From: Macrostomum lignano
Taxonomy: Eukaryota
NCBI GenBank assembly: GCA_002269645.1
Contig: NIVC01004663.1
Coordinates: forward strand, 1 to 38,850
Length of the DNA: 38,850 bases
Direction: 5' to 3'
Of this stretch, positions 19,947 through 32,405 are shown in pieces. How positions within the stretch are numbered: the stretch's first letter is position 1; each line of letters starts with the position of its first letter. Position numbers and translations under genes: made by a program. The notes below the pieces were generated by a model, which did not search any database, was not told where the DNA came from, and worked only from the letters and a program-made list of their open reading frames with translations.

Positions 19947-20510
19947 GTTGGCGGCAAGGTGATCCAGCAGCTGCCAGCTGATCGCAGTTTTGCCTGTCCA
20001 ATCTGCCAGGAGACCATAGTTGGCGAGTGCGCCAGCCCAGACTGCTGCGATCACTCCTACTGTCCCGCCTGCCTTCGGCAATGGTCTCGCAGCAGCGCCA
20101 CCTGCCCGTTGGATCGTCTGCCGTTCGATTCTATTCGAATCTGGCCCCGCATCGGATCTCGCCGACTACTGCGCACTATTCGCGTTGGTAATACGAATAC
20201 TAATAGTACTACTCATAGTAGTAATAATAGACAGCAACAGCAGCAGCCAGTTTTAACTGCCGCCGCCGCCGCTGCCGCTCAGTACTCCGGCCTTCTCGTA
20301 GATCAGCATCAGCATCGCAGACCATTGCGCCGTCATGCTACTGTCGACTCCGCCGGCGTCGCCGCCGCCACCGCTGACGAGCCTTCTCCAGCGCTACCAC
20401 TGGACGTAAACAGCCTGCTCGGCTATCTCAGATTTATGAGCATTCGTCGGCTGGCCGATGGCGATTTCTACGGCTATTGTTTCTACTCGAGTCTGCTGCG
20501 CATCATCTGA
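19947..20510 (+). CDS. RING gene 1, exon 2 (C3HC4 RING, PHRF1/SCAF11-like); spliced product ~323 aa
   Basis: Acceptor CCGCAG|GTT, phase 0. CPICQETIVGECASPDCCDHSYCPACLRQWSRSSATCPLDRLPF resembles the PHRF1/SCAF11 RING (from recall). Stop at 20508-20510. Confidence 0.82.
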   Translation, partial: VGGKVIQQLPADRSFACPICQETIVGECASPDCCDHSYCPACLRQWSRSSATCPLDRLPFDSIRIWPRIGSRRLLRTIRVGNTNTNSTTHSSNNRQQQQQPVLTAAAAAAAQYSGLLVDQHQHRRPLRRHATVDSAGVAAATADEPSPALPLDVNSLLGYLRFMSIRRLADGDFYGYCFYSSLLRII

Positions 20511-20539
20511 CTGAGCTCATTTTAGTGTTGCTTGTTTGC

Positions 20540-20945
20540 CGATTCTCACCCTCCGATTCTCACCCTCCGATTCTCACCCTCCGTCTGCTGATTCTCACCC
20601 TCTGTCTGCTGATTCTCACCCTCTGTCTGCCGATTCTCACCCTCTGTCTGCCCATTCTCACCCTCTGTCTGCCCATTCTCACCCTCTGTCTGCCCATTCT
20701 CACCCTCTGTCTGCCCATTCTCACCCTCTGTCTGCCCATTCTCACCCTCTGTCTGCCCATTCTCACCCTCTGTCTGCCCATTCTCACCCTCGTCTGCCGA
20801 TTCTCACCCTCTCCGATTCTGGAATCGGAGAGGGTGAGATTATTACTACTCCGGAGTCTATTATTACTCCGATTCTGGCACCCTCTCTGCCAGTTCTCAC
20901 CCTCCGATTCTCACCCTCTGTCTGCCGATTCTCACCCTCTCCCTC
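20540..20945. repeat. 21-bp minisatellite (CC(G/C)ATTCTCACCCTCTGTCTG-type)
   Basis: Tandem copies with one ~60-bp interruption. Confidence 0.93.
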
Positions 20946-21493
20946 CGCTTCGTTTCTTGTCCATCGCTTTTTCATTCACCCAGAATCCTTTCCCTTAACT
21001 AAAATCCCAAATCCCCAATTCCGTTTGTCGCTTCCCCTGCCATCCATTAATTGCTAACTCACTATATATTTTTATACAAGCTCCCAGTTCGCTGTTCTGA
21101 ATTCTGGCCTGATTCTCTGCGTGCCGACCTGGAATTTGCGATTTCTTATTTAATTATTTCATCTTCTGAGTAAACGAATTTTTTTTTAATTTCCATACTA
21201 GTTTTAAAATAGGCTTTCTCTCCTATTTTTCCCAATTATTATTAGCTAGCTTATTAGTTGCTTTCGGCTTATATTTTGCTTGTTATTTTAAATTTGCTAA
21301 TCATATACGATGCGTGCTCAGTCACGGGCCGATCGCGTACGCCTTTCAGTTCTGCAGGTTGCGCATTTACACCGCAGCTTCTTAATAGGTGCGTGCGTTG
21401 AGAACGGCTCTTTCTGTATGCCAGTAAATTCATTACTATGGATAAAGCATTTTCATTGCTATGCCTCTGTTTTATAAACTCCATTCTCTTTAA

Positions 21494-22125
21494 ACCTCTC
21501 TCTGATTCGATTGTCTCACCCCTGAATCTCTCTCAGATTCGATTGTCTCACCCCTGCATCTCTCTCAGATTCGATTGTCTCACCCCTGAATCTCTCTCAG
21601 ATTCGATTGTCTCACCCCTGAATCTCTCTCTGATTCGATTGTCTCATTCCTGGATTTCTCTAATTACATTGTCTCACCCCTAGATCTCTTTTATTACATT
21701 GTCTCACGCCTGGATCTCTCTAATTACATTGTCTCACCCCTAGATCTCTCTAATTACATTGTCTCACCCCTAGATCTCATTAATTACATTGTCTCACCCC
21801 TGGATCTCTCTAATTACATTGTCTCACCCCTGGATCTCTCTAATTACATTGTCTCACCCCTGGATCTCTCTAATTACATTGTCTCACCCCTAGATCTCAT
21901 TAATTACATTGTCTCACCCCTGGATCTCATTAACTACATTGTCTCACCCCTGGATCTCTCTAATTACATTGTCTCACCGCTAGATCTCTTTAATTACATT
22001 GTCTCACCCCTGGATCTCATTCACTACATTGTCTCACCCTGGATCTCATTCACTACCTTGTCTCACCCCTGGATCTCATTCACTACCTTGTCTCACCCCT
22101 GGATCTCATTAACTACATTGTCTCG
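21494..22125. repeat. 30-32-bp minisatellite (CTCTCTAATTACATTGTCTCACCCCTGGAT)
   Basis: About 20 copies; the 5' copies carry a GATTCG variant. Confidence 0.95.
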
Positions 22126-22825
22126 CTTATTAAAACCCCTTCAATCTGGCAATTTGTGTGCGCAAAAGCCATTTGAAAAGGAGTCTAATGTTAAAAAGAA
22201 ATTTTGTTCATTGCTAATATTTCTGCTAGCCAATAATTAATTAAGTTAATCATTATCTGTGAACTATGTTGCTTTTCGCTTTAATTGGCTCTCTGTTTTC
22301 TTTACTGCTATATTATATTATGTATTATTTGCAACTTCTCTAGCTCATCTGTTCTAGCCTGCCTGCCTGCTTGCTTGTAAGTTTTTTGCTTTGTATTTGG
22401 CTTGATCTGAATCTGCTTCTGTTATTTTGTTAATTAACCGTAACGCTTTCGGCTCAACTGCAAGTTGCGCGCGCGATCTATTTATATTTTTAAACTTCTC
22501 CCTACTGTAATAGGCGATATAGCTCTGTTTATTATTATTCAATCTGTATTTTAACCGCTTTTTAACTATTTTTTTACCTACCAACCTTAACTAAACCATC
22601 GTCGCTTTTTTAATTTATGAAATATATTGGTATTTAGCAGCTGGCTCAGTTCTTCTTGAAACAGAAGCAAAAAGTTATGGTTAATTCAGTAGGTTTTTTC
22701 AAATGTAATTTCATTTGTTTATATTCTAGTTTTTGCATGCTTATCCGCTAAGTTAAAACTAATTCTATTCAAAGTTTAGCAGCTAGCAGCCTAATTAGAA
22801 TCACTCTTGTAAGACTTTAAAATCA

Positions 22826-24200
22826 ATCGCCCCAAAACATCCGTGAGAATCGCCCTCAATCATCACCGAAAATTGCCCCCAATCATCCCTGAGAATCGCC
22901 CCCAATCACCGAGAATCGCCCCCAATCATCCCTGAGAATCGCCCCCAATCATCACCGAGAATCGCCCCAAAACATCCCTGAGAATCGCCCCCAATCATCA
23001 CCGAGAATCGCCCCCAATCATCCCTGAGAATTGCCCCCAATCATCCCTGAGAATCGCCCCCAATCATCCCTGAGAATTGCCCCCAATCATCCCTGAGAAT
23101 TGCCCCCAATCATCCCTGAGAATTGCCCCCAATCATCTCTGAGAATCTTCCCTAATCATCACCGAGAATCGCCCCCAATCATCACCGAAAATTGCCCCAA
23201 ATCATCACCGAGAATCGCCCCCAATCATAACCGAAAATTGCCCCCAATCATCCCTGAGAATCGCCCCCAATCATCACCGAGAGTCGCCCCCAATCATCCC
23301 TGAGAATCGCCCCCAATCATCACCGAAAATCGCCCCCAATCATCACCGAGAATCGCCCCCAATCATCACCAAGAATCGCCCCAATCATCACCGAGAATCG
23401 CCCCCAATCATCCCTGAAAATCTTCCCCAATCATCCCTGAGAATCGCCCCCAATCATAACCGAGAATCGCCCCAAAACATCCCTGAGAATCGCCCCCAAT
23501 CATCACCGACAATCGCCCCCAATCATCCCTGAGAATTGCCCCCAATCATCCCTGAGAATCTTCCCTAATCATCACCGAGAATCGCCCCCAATCATCACCG
23601 AAAATTGCCCCAAATCATCACCGAGAATCGCCCCCAATCATCACCGAAAATTTCCCCCAATCATCCCTGAGAATCGCCCCCAATCATCACCGAGAATCGC
23701 CCCAAAACATCCCTGAGAATCGCCCCCAATCATCCCTGAGAATCGCACCCAATCATCACCGAGAATCGCCCCCAATCATCACCAAGAATCGCCCCAATCA
23801 TCACCGAGAATCGCCCCCTATCATCCCTGAAAATCTTCCCCAATCATCCCTGGGAATCGCCCCCAATCATCACCGAGAATCGCCCCCAATCATCCCTGAG
23901 AATCGCCCCCAATCATCACCGAGAATCGCCCCAAAAAATCCCTGAGAATCGCCCCCAATCATCCCTGAGAATCGCACCCAATCATCACCGAAAATCGCCC
24001 CCAATCATCCCTGAGAATCGCACCCAATCATCACCGAAAATCGCCCCCAATCATCCCCAAGAATCGCCCCAATCATCACCGAGAGTCGCCCCCAATCATC
24101 CCCAAGAATCGCCCCAATCATCACCGAGAATCCCCCAATCATCACCAAGAATCGCCCCAATCATCACCGAGAATCGCCCCAAAACATCCCTGAGAATCGC
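22826..24200. repeat. 22-23-bp minisatellite (CCCCCAATCATC(A/C)C(C/T)GAGAATCG)
   Basis: About 60 copies ending ~160 bp upstream of the PHKB ATG. Confidence 0.97.
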
Positions 24201-24360
24201 ACAATTAGTAGTGCTAATAGTAGAAGTGAAAATAGTTTCTATAATATAAAGTTTAGCAAGTCAAAACATTGAATTGTCTCGAAAATTTTCAGCGCCGATT
24301 CTGCATCTCACTCACCAAAAGTGCTGCCATAAGATTGTATTGAATAATTTCATTTAGCGC

Positions 24361-24957
24361 ATGGCTAGTGCAGTTATTGCTGCAGCAGCAGCCGCAGTGG
24401 CTGGCGGGCCTCCAGCGCCGGCGTCCAACGCCAACACCTCAGTCGATGACGCTGTTTTCGCCATTCTAAGCAACGATCTGCCAAAATACGACGACGCGGC
24501 TCTAGAAGGATTCTATCGCCAGTGCGCTGATCACATTCTGGCTTATCAGCATCCCATTAGCGGACTGTTCCCATTGTATCCGGGATCCGGGGGGCCAGCC
24601 GGACACGCCAGGGATAATATTTACATTGCCACTAGCATCTGGGCCCTGGCCCAGGTCTATAGGAAAACTGACCGAGACAGCGGCCGGTGCTGGGAGCTGC
24701 GGCAGCGCGCATTAAAGTGCATGCGCTCCCTGCTAGCGTTTTGGATGTCGCAGACTGACAGGCTGGAAGCTTTTAAAGTGCAGCAGTGTCCGAAGAACTG
24801 CCTGTTGACGCTGTTCGATTACCGAACAGGTCGGGAACTGACCGACAGCGCATTCAGCACCTATCAGCATCATCAGCTGGACTGCATTGCGCTGTTTGTC
24901 CTCATGAGTGTGCAGATGATCAGCTCAGGAATGGAGATTGTGCACACTAAAACTGAG
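24361..24957 (+). CDS. PHKB: Phosphorylase kinase regulatory subunit beta, exon 1
   Basis: YQHPISGLFP...RDNIYIATSIWALAQVY...KCMRSLL...QLDCIALFVL..MISSGMEIVHTKTE; donor GAG|GT at 24958. Confidence 0.93.
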
Positions 24958-25015
24958 GTTTGTTGGCTTCTGTCTGAGATATCTCAGATAGCCTCTTCGT
25001 ATCGTGTGCGATAGG

Positions 25016-25655
25016 ATGTCCTGAGACAGTCTCCCTTCATCCCGTGTGCTCCCCCATGGAATGTCCTGAGACAGTCTCCCTTCATCCCGTGTGCTCCCCC
25101 ATGGAATGTCCTGAGACAGCCTCCCCTCATCCCGTGTGCTCCCCCATGGAATGTCCTGAGACAGTCTCCCTTCATCCCGTGTGCTCCCCCATGGAATGTC
25201 CTGAGACAGCCTGTCTTCATCCCGTGTGCTCCCCCATGGAATGTCCTGAGACAGCCTGTCTTCATCCCGTGTGCTCCCCCATGGAATGTCCTGAGACAGT
25301 CTCCCTTCATCCCGTGTGCTCCCCCATGGAATGTCCTGAGACAGTCTCCCTTCATCCCGTGTGCTCCCCCATGGAATGTCCTGAGACAGCCTCCCCTCAT
25401 CCCGTGTGCTCCCCCATGGAATGTCCTGAGACAGCCTGTCTTCATCCCGTGTGCTCCCCCATGGAATGTCCTGAGACAGCCTGTCTTCATCCCGTGTGCT
25501 CCCCCATGGAATGTCCTGAGACAGTCTCCCTTCATCCCGTGTGCTCCCCCATGGAATGTCCTGAGACAGTATCCCTTCATCCCGTGTGCTCCCCCATGGG
25601 ATGTCCTGAGACAGTCTCCCTTCATCCCGTGTGCTCCACCATGGAATGTCCTGAC
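25016..25655. repeat. 45-bp minisatellite in PHKB intron 1
   Basis: ATGTCCTGAGACAGTCTCCCTTCATCCCGTGTGCTCCCCCATGGA, ~14 copies. Confidence 0.97.
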
Positions 25656-25760
25656 AACCTGAGAAGTCCGGACGCTTCCTACTTTATCATTCATTCTTCC
25701 ATAAGCTGATAATTCTATCCCCTTATCCCGCCTAATAGAATCCCTATTCCGCCGATGCAG

Positions 25761-26167
25761 GTGAGCGTATTCCAGAACCTGATATTCTACCTAGAGCGGG
25801 CCTACCGCATCCCGGACTTCGGCATGTGGGAGCGCGGCACCAAGCAGAACACTGGCAGCGTAGAGCTGCACGCCAGCTCCGTTGGCTTCGCCAAAGCCGC
25901 GCTCGAAGCAGCCAACAGTTTTAACGTGTTCGGCCAGTCTGGCGATCACACCACCGTGATCCACGTTGACATTGATGCTCATTCTAGGAATCGGATCATT
26001 CTTACCAATCTGTTGCCAAGGGAGAGCGCCAGCAAGGGCTGTGACAGTGCCCTGATACCCACCCTGTGCTGGCCGGGGCACGCCACACACGAGCCGGTTA
26101 GGAAGACCGCTCTGCACAATATTTTCTCCAGATTTCGCGGCGAGTACGGCTTTAAACGGTTCTCGAG
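25761..26167 (+). CDS. PHKB: PHKB exon 2
   Basis: VSVFQNLIFYLERAYRIPDFGMWERGTKQNTGSVELHASSVGFAKAALEA...LLPRES...YGFKRFSR; closely matches the beta subunit as recalled. Confidence 0.96.
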
Positions 26168-26217
26168 GTGAGGCTCGTGCTGCGATTTTTCTCTGGGTTT
26201 TGTTCCGTTGCCTGCGG

Positions 26218-26620
26218 TAGCTTAGAGTTGGTAGGTTGAGTAGCTTAGAGTAGGTAGGTTGAGTAGCTCAAAGAGTAGGTAGGTTGAGTAGCTTAGAGTA
26301 GATAGGTTGAGTAGCTCAGAGTAGGTAGGTTGAGTAGCTAAGAGTAGGTAGGTTGAGTAGCTTAGAGTAGGTAGGTTGAGTAGCTCAGAGTAGGTAGGTT
26401 GAGTAGCTCAGAGTAGGTAGATTGAGTAGCTTAGAGTAGGTAGGTTGAGTAGCTTAGAGTAGGTAGGTTGAGTAGCTTAGAGTAGGTCGATAGAGTAGCT
26501 CAGAGAGTAGGTAGGTAGAATAGCTTAGAGTAGGTCGGTAGAGTAGCTCAAAGAGTAGGTCGGTAGAGTAGCCTAGAATAGGTAGAGTACCTCAGAGAGT
26601 AGGCAGAGTAGCTTGACTGT
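26218..26620. repeat. 22-23-bp minisatellite in PHKB intron 2 (AGCTTAGAGTAGGTAGGTTGAGT)
   Basis: Direct tandem copies. Confidence 0.93.
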
Positions 26621-26781
26621 AGATGACTATAGCTTGACACTGCAGCTAGGCTTCGGATCGGCTTTAACTTGCCTGTTTGTACCTGGAAATGTAAATTTAC
26701 CAAGGCCGCTAATATTATACAATAATTGTTTAATATCTGATTGATTAGCAACAATACATGAACAAAGTTTCTGATTGGCAG

Positions 26782-26988
26782 AGACGGCTACGGCACAGTG
26801 CTGGAGCCCAGCCGAGGCGCCCTATACAGTCACGGAGAGTTGAAAAGCTTCGAAGCAATCGAATGCCAATGGCCGATAATGTACGCTTTCCTGGTCATTG
26901 AGCACTGCCTGCAGGGCGATCGCACCACTGCCACGCTCTATAAACAGAAACTGGACGACCTGCGTGTTGAATGCGACTTACCGTTTGG
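26782..26988 (+). CDS. PHKB: PHKB exon 3
   Basis: AG|A GAC GGC TAC gives RDGYGTVLE...LKSFEAIECQWPIMY; phases consistent (2/2). Confidence 0.93.
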
Positions 26989-27039
26989 GTATGATATGAC
27001 TATTCATTAATCCGGTTTCCTGCTTTATTGCTAATCCAT

Positions 27040-27675
27040 TCAACTCCCAATCCACCAAGTCCCTAATCCACCCAGTCCCTAATCCACCAATTCCCTAAAC
27101 CCCCCAGTCCCTAATCCACCATTTCCCTAAACCCCCAGTCCCTAATCCACCCAGTCCCTAATTCACCCAATCCCTAATCCACCCTGTCCCTAATCTACCC
27201 TGTCCCTAATCCTTCCAGTTCCTAATCCACCTTGTCCCTAATCCTTCCAGTTCCTAGTTCACCCAGTCCCTAAACCCCCCAGTCCCTAATCCACCCAGTC
27301 CCTAATCCACCCTGTACCTAATCCACCCAGTCCCTAATCCACCCAATCCCTAATCCACCCAGTACCTAATCCACCCTGTCCCTAATCCACCCTGTCCCTA
27401 ATCCACCCTGTCCCTAATTCTTCCAGTCCCTAATCCTTCCAGTTCCTAATCCACCCTGTACCTAATCCACCCAGTCCCTAATCCACCCAATCCCTAATCC
27501 ACCCAGTCCCTAATCCACCCTGTCCCTAATCCACCCTGTCCCTAATCATTCCAGTTCCTAATCCACCTTGTCCCTAATCCTTCCAGTCCATAATCCACCC
27601 AGTCCCTAATTCACCCTCTCTTTAATTCACCCTGTCCCTAATCCACCTAGTCCTTAATCCACCCTGTCTTTAATC
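27040..27675. repeat. 16-bp minisatellite in PHKB intron 3 (CCCTAATCCACCCAGT)
   Basis: About 40 copies with variants. Confidence 0.95.
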
Positions 27676-27703
27676 CGTACTCCTCACCGTCCTTCAACTC
27701 CAG

Positions 27704-28088
27704 TCCCGACAGCTCGCAGCCTCCTCAGTCGAGCCGTTGGCTGCCAAAGTTCTACTTCGTGCCGCGCGACTATCTTCAAGAGGAGCGCGATCGGCCCGGT
27801 AGTCAAGCTCGGCGACCGAATTTCGAACTCAACGACACCGTCTTTCTATGGGGCGAAGCCGTAGCCCTCATAGCCGAGCTGCTGGAGTCCGGCTATCTCA
27901 TGGCGCACGACCTGGATCTGCTTAGGCGGTACAAATCTTTTCACGAACGCCCGTTGGATCTGTCTAGGCGGGTGCCATTTATAAATAAGCTACAGGATCT
28001 GGTTGTGCAAGTTGTGCTCATATCTGAGTCTGTGCGCCTGCAGCAGATGCTTGCTACGTTCGGCGTGCAGAGTCAGACCCCTACTCAG
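27704..28088 (+). CDS. PHKB: PHKB exon 4 (alternative in-phase acceptor at 27713)
   Basis: WLPKFYFVP..EERDRPGSQ...FLWGEAV...DLVVQVVLISESVRLQQMLATFGVQSQTPTQ; donor at 28089. Confidence 0.92.
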
Positions 28089-28164
28089 GTGAGGCTGCTC
28101 ACGACTCTTAGTACTATATTCTCAATCAGCACCTGCATTCTCCAAATCATCGCTCTCCAATCTG

Positions 28165-28490
28165 CTAAATAATCACCCTCCAATGTCCTAAATAATCGCC
28201 CTCCAATGTCCTACATGTAACTAATCCCCCTCCAATGTCTCACATGTAACTAATCGCCCTCCAATGTCCTACATTCAAATAATCGCCCTCCAATGTCCTA
28301 CATCTAAATAATAATCGCCCTCCAATGTCCTACCTGTAACTAATTGCCCTCCATTTTCCTTAATAATCGCCCTCCAATTTCCTACATATAAATAATCGCC
28401 CTCCAATTTCCTACATGTAAATAATTGCCCTCCAACGTCCTACGTGTAACTAATCGCCCTCCATTTTCCTTAATAATCGCCCTACACAAT
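28165..28490. repeat. ~29-bp minisatellite in PHKB intron 4 (TAATCGCCCTCCAATGTCCTACATGTAAC)
   Basis: About 11 diverged copies. Confidence 0.9.
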
Positions 28491-28501
28491 GTGCTTCGCA
28501 G

Positions 28502-28726
28502 TTTGAACCAATCACCCTTTGGCCGTCGAAGAACCTCATTAAAGTGCAAGAGTGCCTCGGTCAGTGCGAACGACTTGGCTTGTCCGGCCGGCCACTCCGT
28601 CCAATTGGCCAGCTGGGCACGGCGAAATTCTACAGGGTGCCCGGCCGCACTGTGCTGTGCTATCCGCTGCTATTTGAGATGCGCGACTTTTATCTGCTAC
28701 ACGATATGGACATGGTCATCGACGAG
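28502..28726 (+). CDS. PHKB: PHKB exon 5
   Basis: FEPITLWP...LGLSGRPLRPIGQLGTAKFYRV.GRTVLCYPLLFEMRDFY...VIDE. Confidence 0.95.
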
Positions 28727-28911
28727 GTGTGCGCTTGCTTTGTTTAACATTTCTTTTCGATACATATCGGCTAATGCGTCTGATGTCATTTCTAATATAT
28801 ATTAGCCGCAGGTACTATCAGAACTAGATGATGCTCACTTAGGACGGTTTATAAAAAGAAAAGAGGCAGTTGGCGTGACCTGCAGAAGTAAACAGCCCAC
28901 TATTCGTTCAG

Positions 28912-29500
28912 CCGTAATGTACATAAGCCAGCGCCGTTGAAAATGTACATGGCAGGCAGGTTTAGGCTAGAAGGCAATAAAAATTTGGGCCGGGGGTAGA
29001 GATTTTGTGGGGAAAGATGCGGCCGAAGGCTTCAGCTCGGGGAGAGGGGATGCGAGGGCCAATAAAGGAGCCTATGCAATGCAATGTACATGTACATTGG
29101 AGCTTTAGGCTGGAACACCCGAGGATGGCAATAAAATTGGGCGGCGGGGCGGGGGTAGAGATTTTGTGCGGAAAGACGCGGCCGAGGCTTCAGTGGAGGG
29201 GGGATGAGAATAAGCGAGCGTATATAATGTAGATTGCAGCTTTACCGTAGGCTGGAACACTGAGAAAGGCAATAAAAACTGGGCGGCGGGGCGGGGGTAG
29301 AGATTTTGTGGGGAAAGACGCGGCCGAGGCTTTAGTGGGGGATGAGAATAAGCGAGCCTATATAATGTACATTGCAGCTTTACCGGTAGGCTGGAACACT
29401 GAGAAAGGCAATAAAAACTGGGCGGCGGGGTGGGGGGTAGAGATTTTGTGCGGAAAGACGCGGTCGGAGGGGTTTAGCTTGGAGGTGAGAGGGCCAATAA
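28912..29500. repeat. ~140-160-bp tandem repeat (about 4 copies) in PHKB intron 5
   Basis: GGGGTAGAGATTTTGTG(G/C)GGAAAGA recurs at ~28992, 29152, 29294 and 29434. Confidence 0.9.
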
Positions 29501-29871
29501 ACGAGCCTTGTCCTAAAATATATTAAAATAACTTTTGACCCTCTACTTAAAGTAGCTTACATGGAAATGTGCTGGGTGTCCCATCTATGAATAGTTATTA
29601 TAGCATCTGATGAATCTGAGGTTTTCGCGGCCAAATTAATTTTTAGGGCCTGGTTTTTAGTGCAATAATGATGATAGAAAAACCAGGGCCGCTGTACACA
29701 GTACACCCTGTATGAGCGTGTGCGCGGGTCGACTGTCGCCTTGATTCGCGACGGTGCCCGAAGGCCGAAGCCTCCCTGCTAACTAATAGTAACCTCAAAA
29801 ATCTATCTTAGTATCTATAGCAGCCAATCTCAAGCCGATCTGTCAATCATTAATCTATTCCCTATTGTCAG

Positions 29872-30355
29872 GTGCGCACCAATCTGCAATTCCTATCCAC
29901 CTGGTGGCGCCTGCGCGGCCGCCCAACATTCTGCTTTCTACTCCGCGAGGACATGATCCGGGCGGCTGGCGCCAAGCAGCTCATCGCTTTCCTCACTGGA
30001 ATGCGCAGCGGCCGAGTTAATGGCGTCCGGGTGCTGCTTGGCCGAGCCCAGAACCTGCTAGCCAGCGCTTGCGTTGACCACCTGGACTATCTGCAGGACC
30101 ACGGCGACGCTTTCAAAGATCTGCCCAGCGTTGAAGAGCTCAGCGTTGAGAAATCGTTTCGCTCCCTGATGAACATTCAGGGCCACGCCGCGGTGGCCGT
30201 TGAACGTGAAGAATGGATCGATGTGAGGCGTGTGGAGTCCAGCAGCTCCGAGGACCTCTGCCAGCTCATTGACACGGCATCTTTGAATATGGGACCGAGG
30301 ACTCAGCTGCTGCACATTCTGCACGACAGACACGGACCGCTGTACGCTCTGTCAG
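29872..30355 (+). CDS. PHKB: PHKB exon 6
   Basis: VRTNLQFLSTWWRLRGRPTFCFLLREDMIR...GVRVLLGRAQNLLASACVDHLDYL; donor G|GT at 30356, phase 1. Confidence 0.92.
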
Positions 30356-30404
30356 GTGGGTTTGGGGAGATCCCTCACGGTAATGTTGTGGTCTTATATC
30401 CTAA

Positions 30405-30905
30405 CCCTGAAACTCCTGTACATGCTACCCTTGAATTCCTGTACATGCTACCCTGAAGTTCCTGTACATGCTACCCTGAAGTTCCTGTACATGCTACCCT
30501 GAAGTTCCTGTACATGCTACCCTGAAGTTCCTGTACATGCTACCCTGAAGTTCCAGTACATGCTACCCTGAAATTTCTGTAGTGTGCATGCTACCCCGAG
30601 ATCCCTGCACACGTGACCCTGAGATCCCTGCACACGTGACCCTGAGATCCCTGCACACGTGACCCTGAGATCCCTACACACGTGACCCTGGGATCCCTGC
30701 ACACGTGACCCTGGGATCCCTGCACACGTGACCCTGAGAACCCTGCACACGTGACCCTGAGAACCCTGCACACGAGACCCTGAGAACCCTGCACACGTGA
30801 CCCTGAGAACCCTGCACACGTGACCCTGAGAACCCTGCACACGTGACCCTGAGAACCCTGCACACGTGACCCTGAGAACCCTGCACACGTGACCCTGAGA
30901 ACCTT
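30405..30905. repeat. 23-bp minisatellite in PHKB intron 6, two successive variants
   Basis: CCCTGAAGTTCCTGTACATGCTA up to ~30600, then CCCTGAGA(T/A)CCCTGCACACGTGA. Confidence 0.95.
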
Positions 30906-31015
30906 GTAATCGCAAATATCTTGATGATATTCCTAACAACTTAACACCTCGAATACCTTGATTCGCAAATTTTGTGCTGTCTAACTCACCAGAACAACAT
31001 CGCCCCCCGCCGCAG

Positions 31016-31458
31016 GCGGAACCGAAACGGTCTCGCACCGGCTGGAAGACCTCAGTCGCACTGCCGGTGTCCAGCAGCGCTGGGCCATCGTGCGCTACGC
31101 TTCGGCCATCCTGCGCAAAGAAGTGGACAGCCTGGCTCCCTCCCTATCCAACGTTATCGTTGCCGGCAAGAAGATCATAATTGGCTCGGATATTGTCATA
31201 GACAGGCCGCTCACGCCTAAAGAGCTGTGTCAGATTATGTATGCCCAGTACCCGCCAGGACCGTCTGGCAAGGCGGTGCTGCTACAGGAGCTGATCCTGT
31301 TCCTGGGCTCGCTCATCAGCCGTGATAACTCGCTGTTTCGCGGTATCTACTATATCAGGCTGGACCCGCTGGTTGACGCTCTGGACATCGAATTGGAGAA
31401 TGTTGATGATGCCTTGTATGGCGGCTGCAAGATACTGCAGAATCTGTCCCCGTATAAG
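31016..31458 (+). CDS. PHKB: PHKB exon 7
   Basis: WAIVRYASAILRKEVDSLAPSLSNVIVAGKKI...AVLLQELILFLG...LFRGIYYIRL...NLSPYK. Confidence 0.93.
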
Positions 31459-31504
31459 GTGACAGCTGAGCGGGCTGGGCACGGGTGTCTCTGGGGGATC
31501 AGTG

Positions 31505-32060
31505 CACAGATTGGATCACTGACAGATGGGATCACTGACAAATGGGATCACTGACAGATGGGATCACTGACAGATGGGATCACTAGACAGATAGGATCAC
31601 TAGACAGATGGGATCACTAGACAGATGGGATAACTGACAGATGGGATCACTGACAGATGGGATCACTGGATTGATGGGATCACTGGATAGATGGGATCAC
31701 TGGATATATACGATCACTGACAGATGAGATCACTAGACAGATGTGATCACTAGACAGATGTGATCACTAGACAGATGTGATCACTAGACAGATGGGATCA
31801 CTGAAAGATTGAATCACTGACAGATGGGATCACTGACAGATGGGACCACTAGACAGATAGGATCACTAGACAGATGGGATCACTGGATTGATGGGATCAC
31901 TGGATAGATGGGATCACTAGACAGATGGGATCACTGGATAGATAGAATCACTGGACAGATGGGATCACTGGATTGATGGGATCACTGGATAGATGGGATC
32001 ACTAGACAGATGGGATCACTGGATAGATAGAATCACTGGACAGATGGGATCACTGGACTT
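31505..32060. repeat. 16-18-bp minisatellite in PHKB intron 7 (GACAGATGGGATCACT)
   Basis: About 32 copies. Confidence 0.95.
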
Positions 32061-32136
32061 ATAAAGTGAGAGGCTCAAAGGGCTTGATGGAGACGGTGCC
32101 AATACTCAACACAAAAATGCCGCCACACCATCGCAG

Positions 32137-32381
32137 ATCCAATCCCTGTTGGTGTCCATCCTTCGTCGGGACCGTCTCCGGGATCCCTACTGGCAGCGCC
32201 GGATCGACGGTTGCCTCTGTCGGGTGCCGCCCGGCTTCTACGAAGGCGTCTACGGCGTGCTGGAGGCCTGCACCGGCGGTGTGCGCATCGGCAGCACCCT
32301 GATAGAGCAGTACCCCTGCCTGAATGACATGTCCCGCAACGATGCCAACTTTGTGTTCGCTGTGCAGGCTATTCTGGCCAG
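32137..32381 (+). CDS. PHKB: PHKB exon 8
   Basis: YWQRRIDGCLCRVPPGFYEGVYGVLE...QYPCLNDMSRNDANFVFAVQ. Confidence 0.93.
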
Positions 32382-32405
32382 GTATACTGCTTTATATGCT
32401 GTTTG

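Noticed and set aside
22826-24200. Regularly spaced 22-45-bp repeats resembling CRISPR arrays
   Set aside because: Head-to-tail units with no unique spacers, no cas genes and a eukaryotic context.
27040-27675. CCCTAA (TTAGGG) in each 16-bp unit, also in the 36-bp unit at 34995: interstitial telomere?
   Set aside because: One hexamer per longer unit and never (TTAGGG)n runs; not telomeric sequence.
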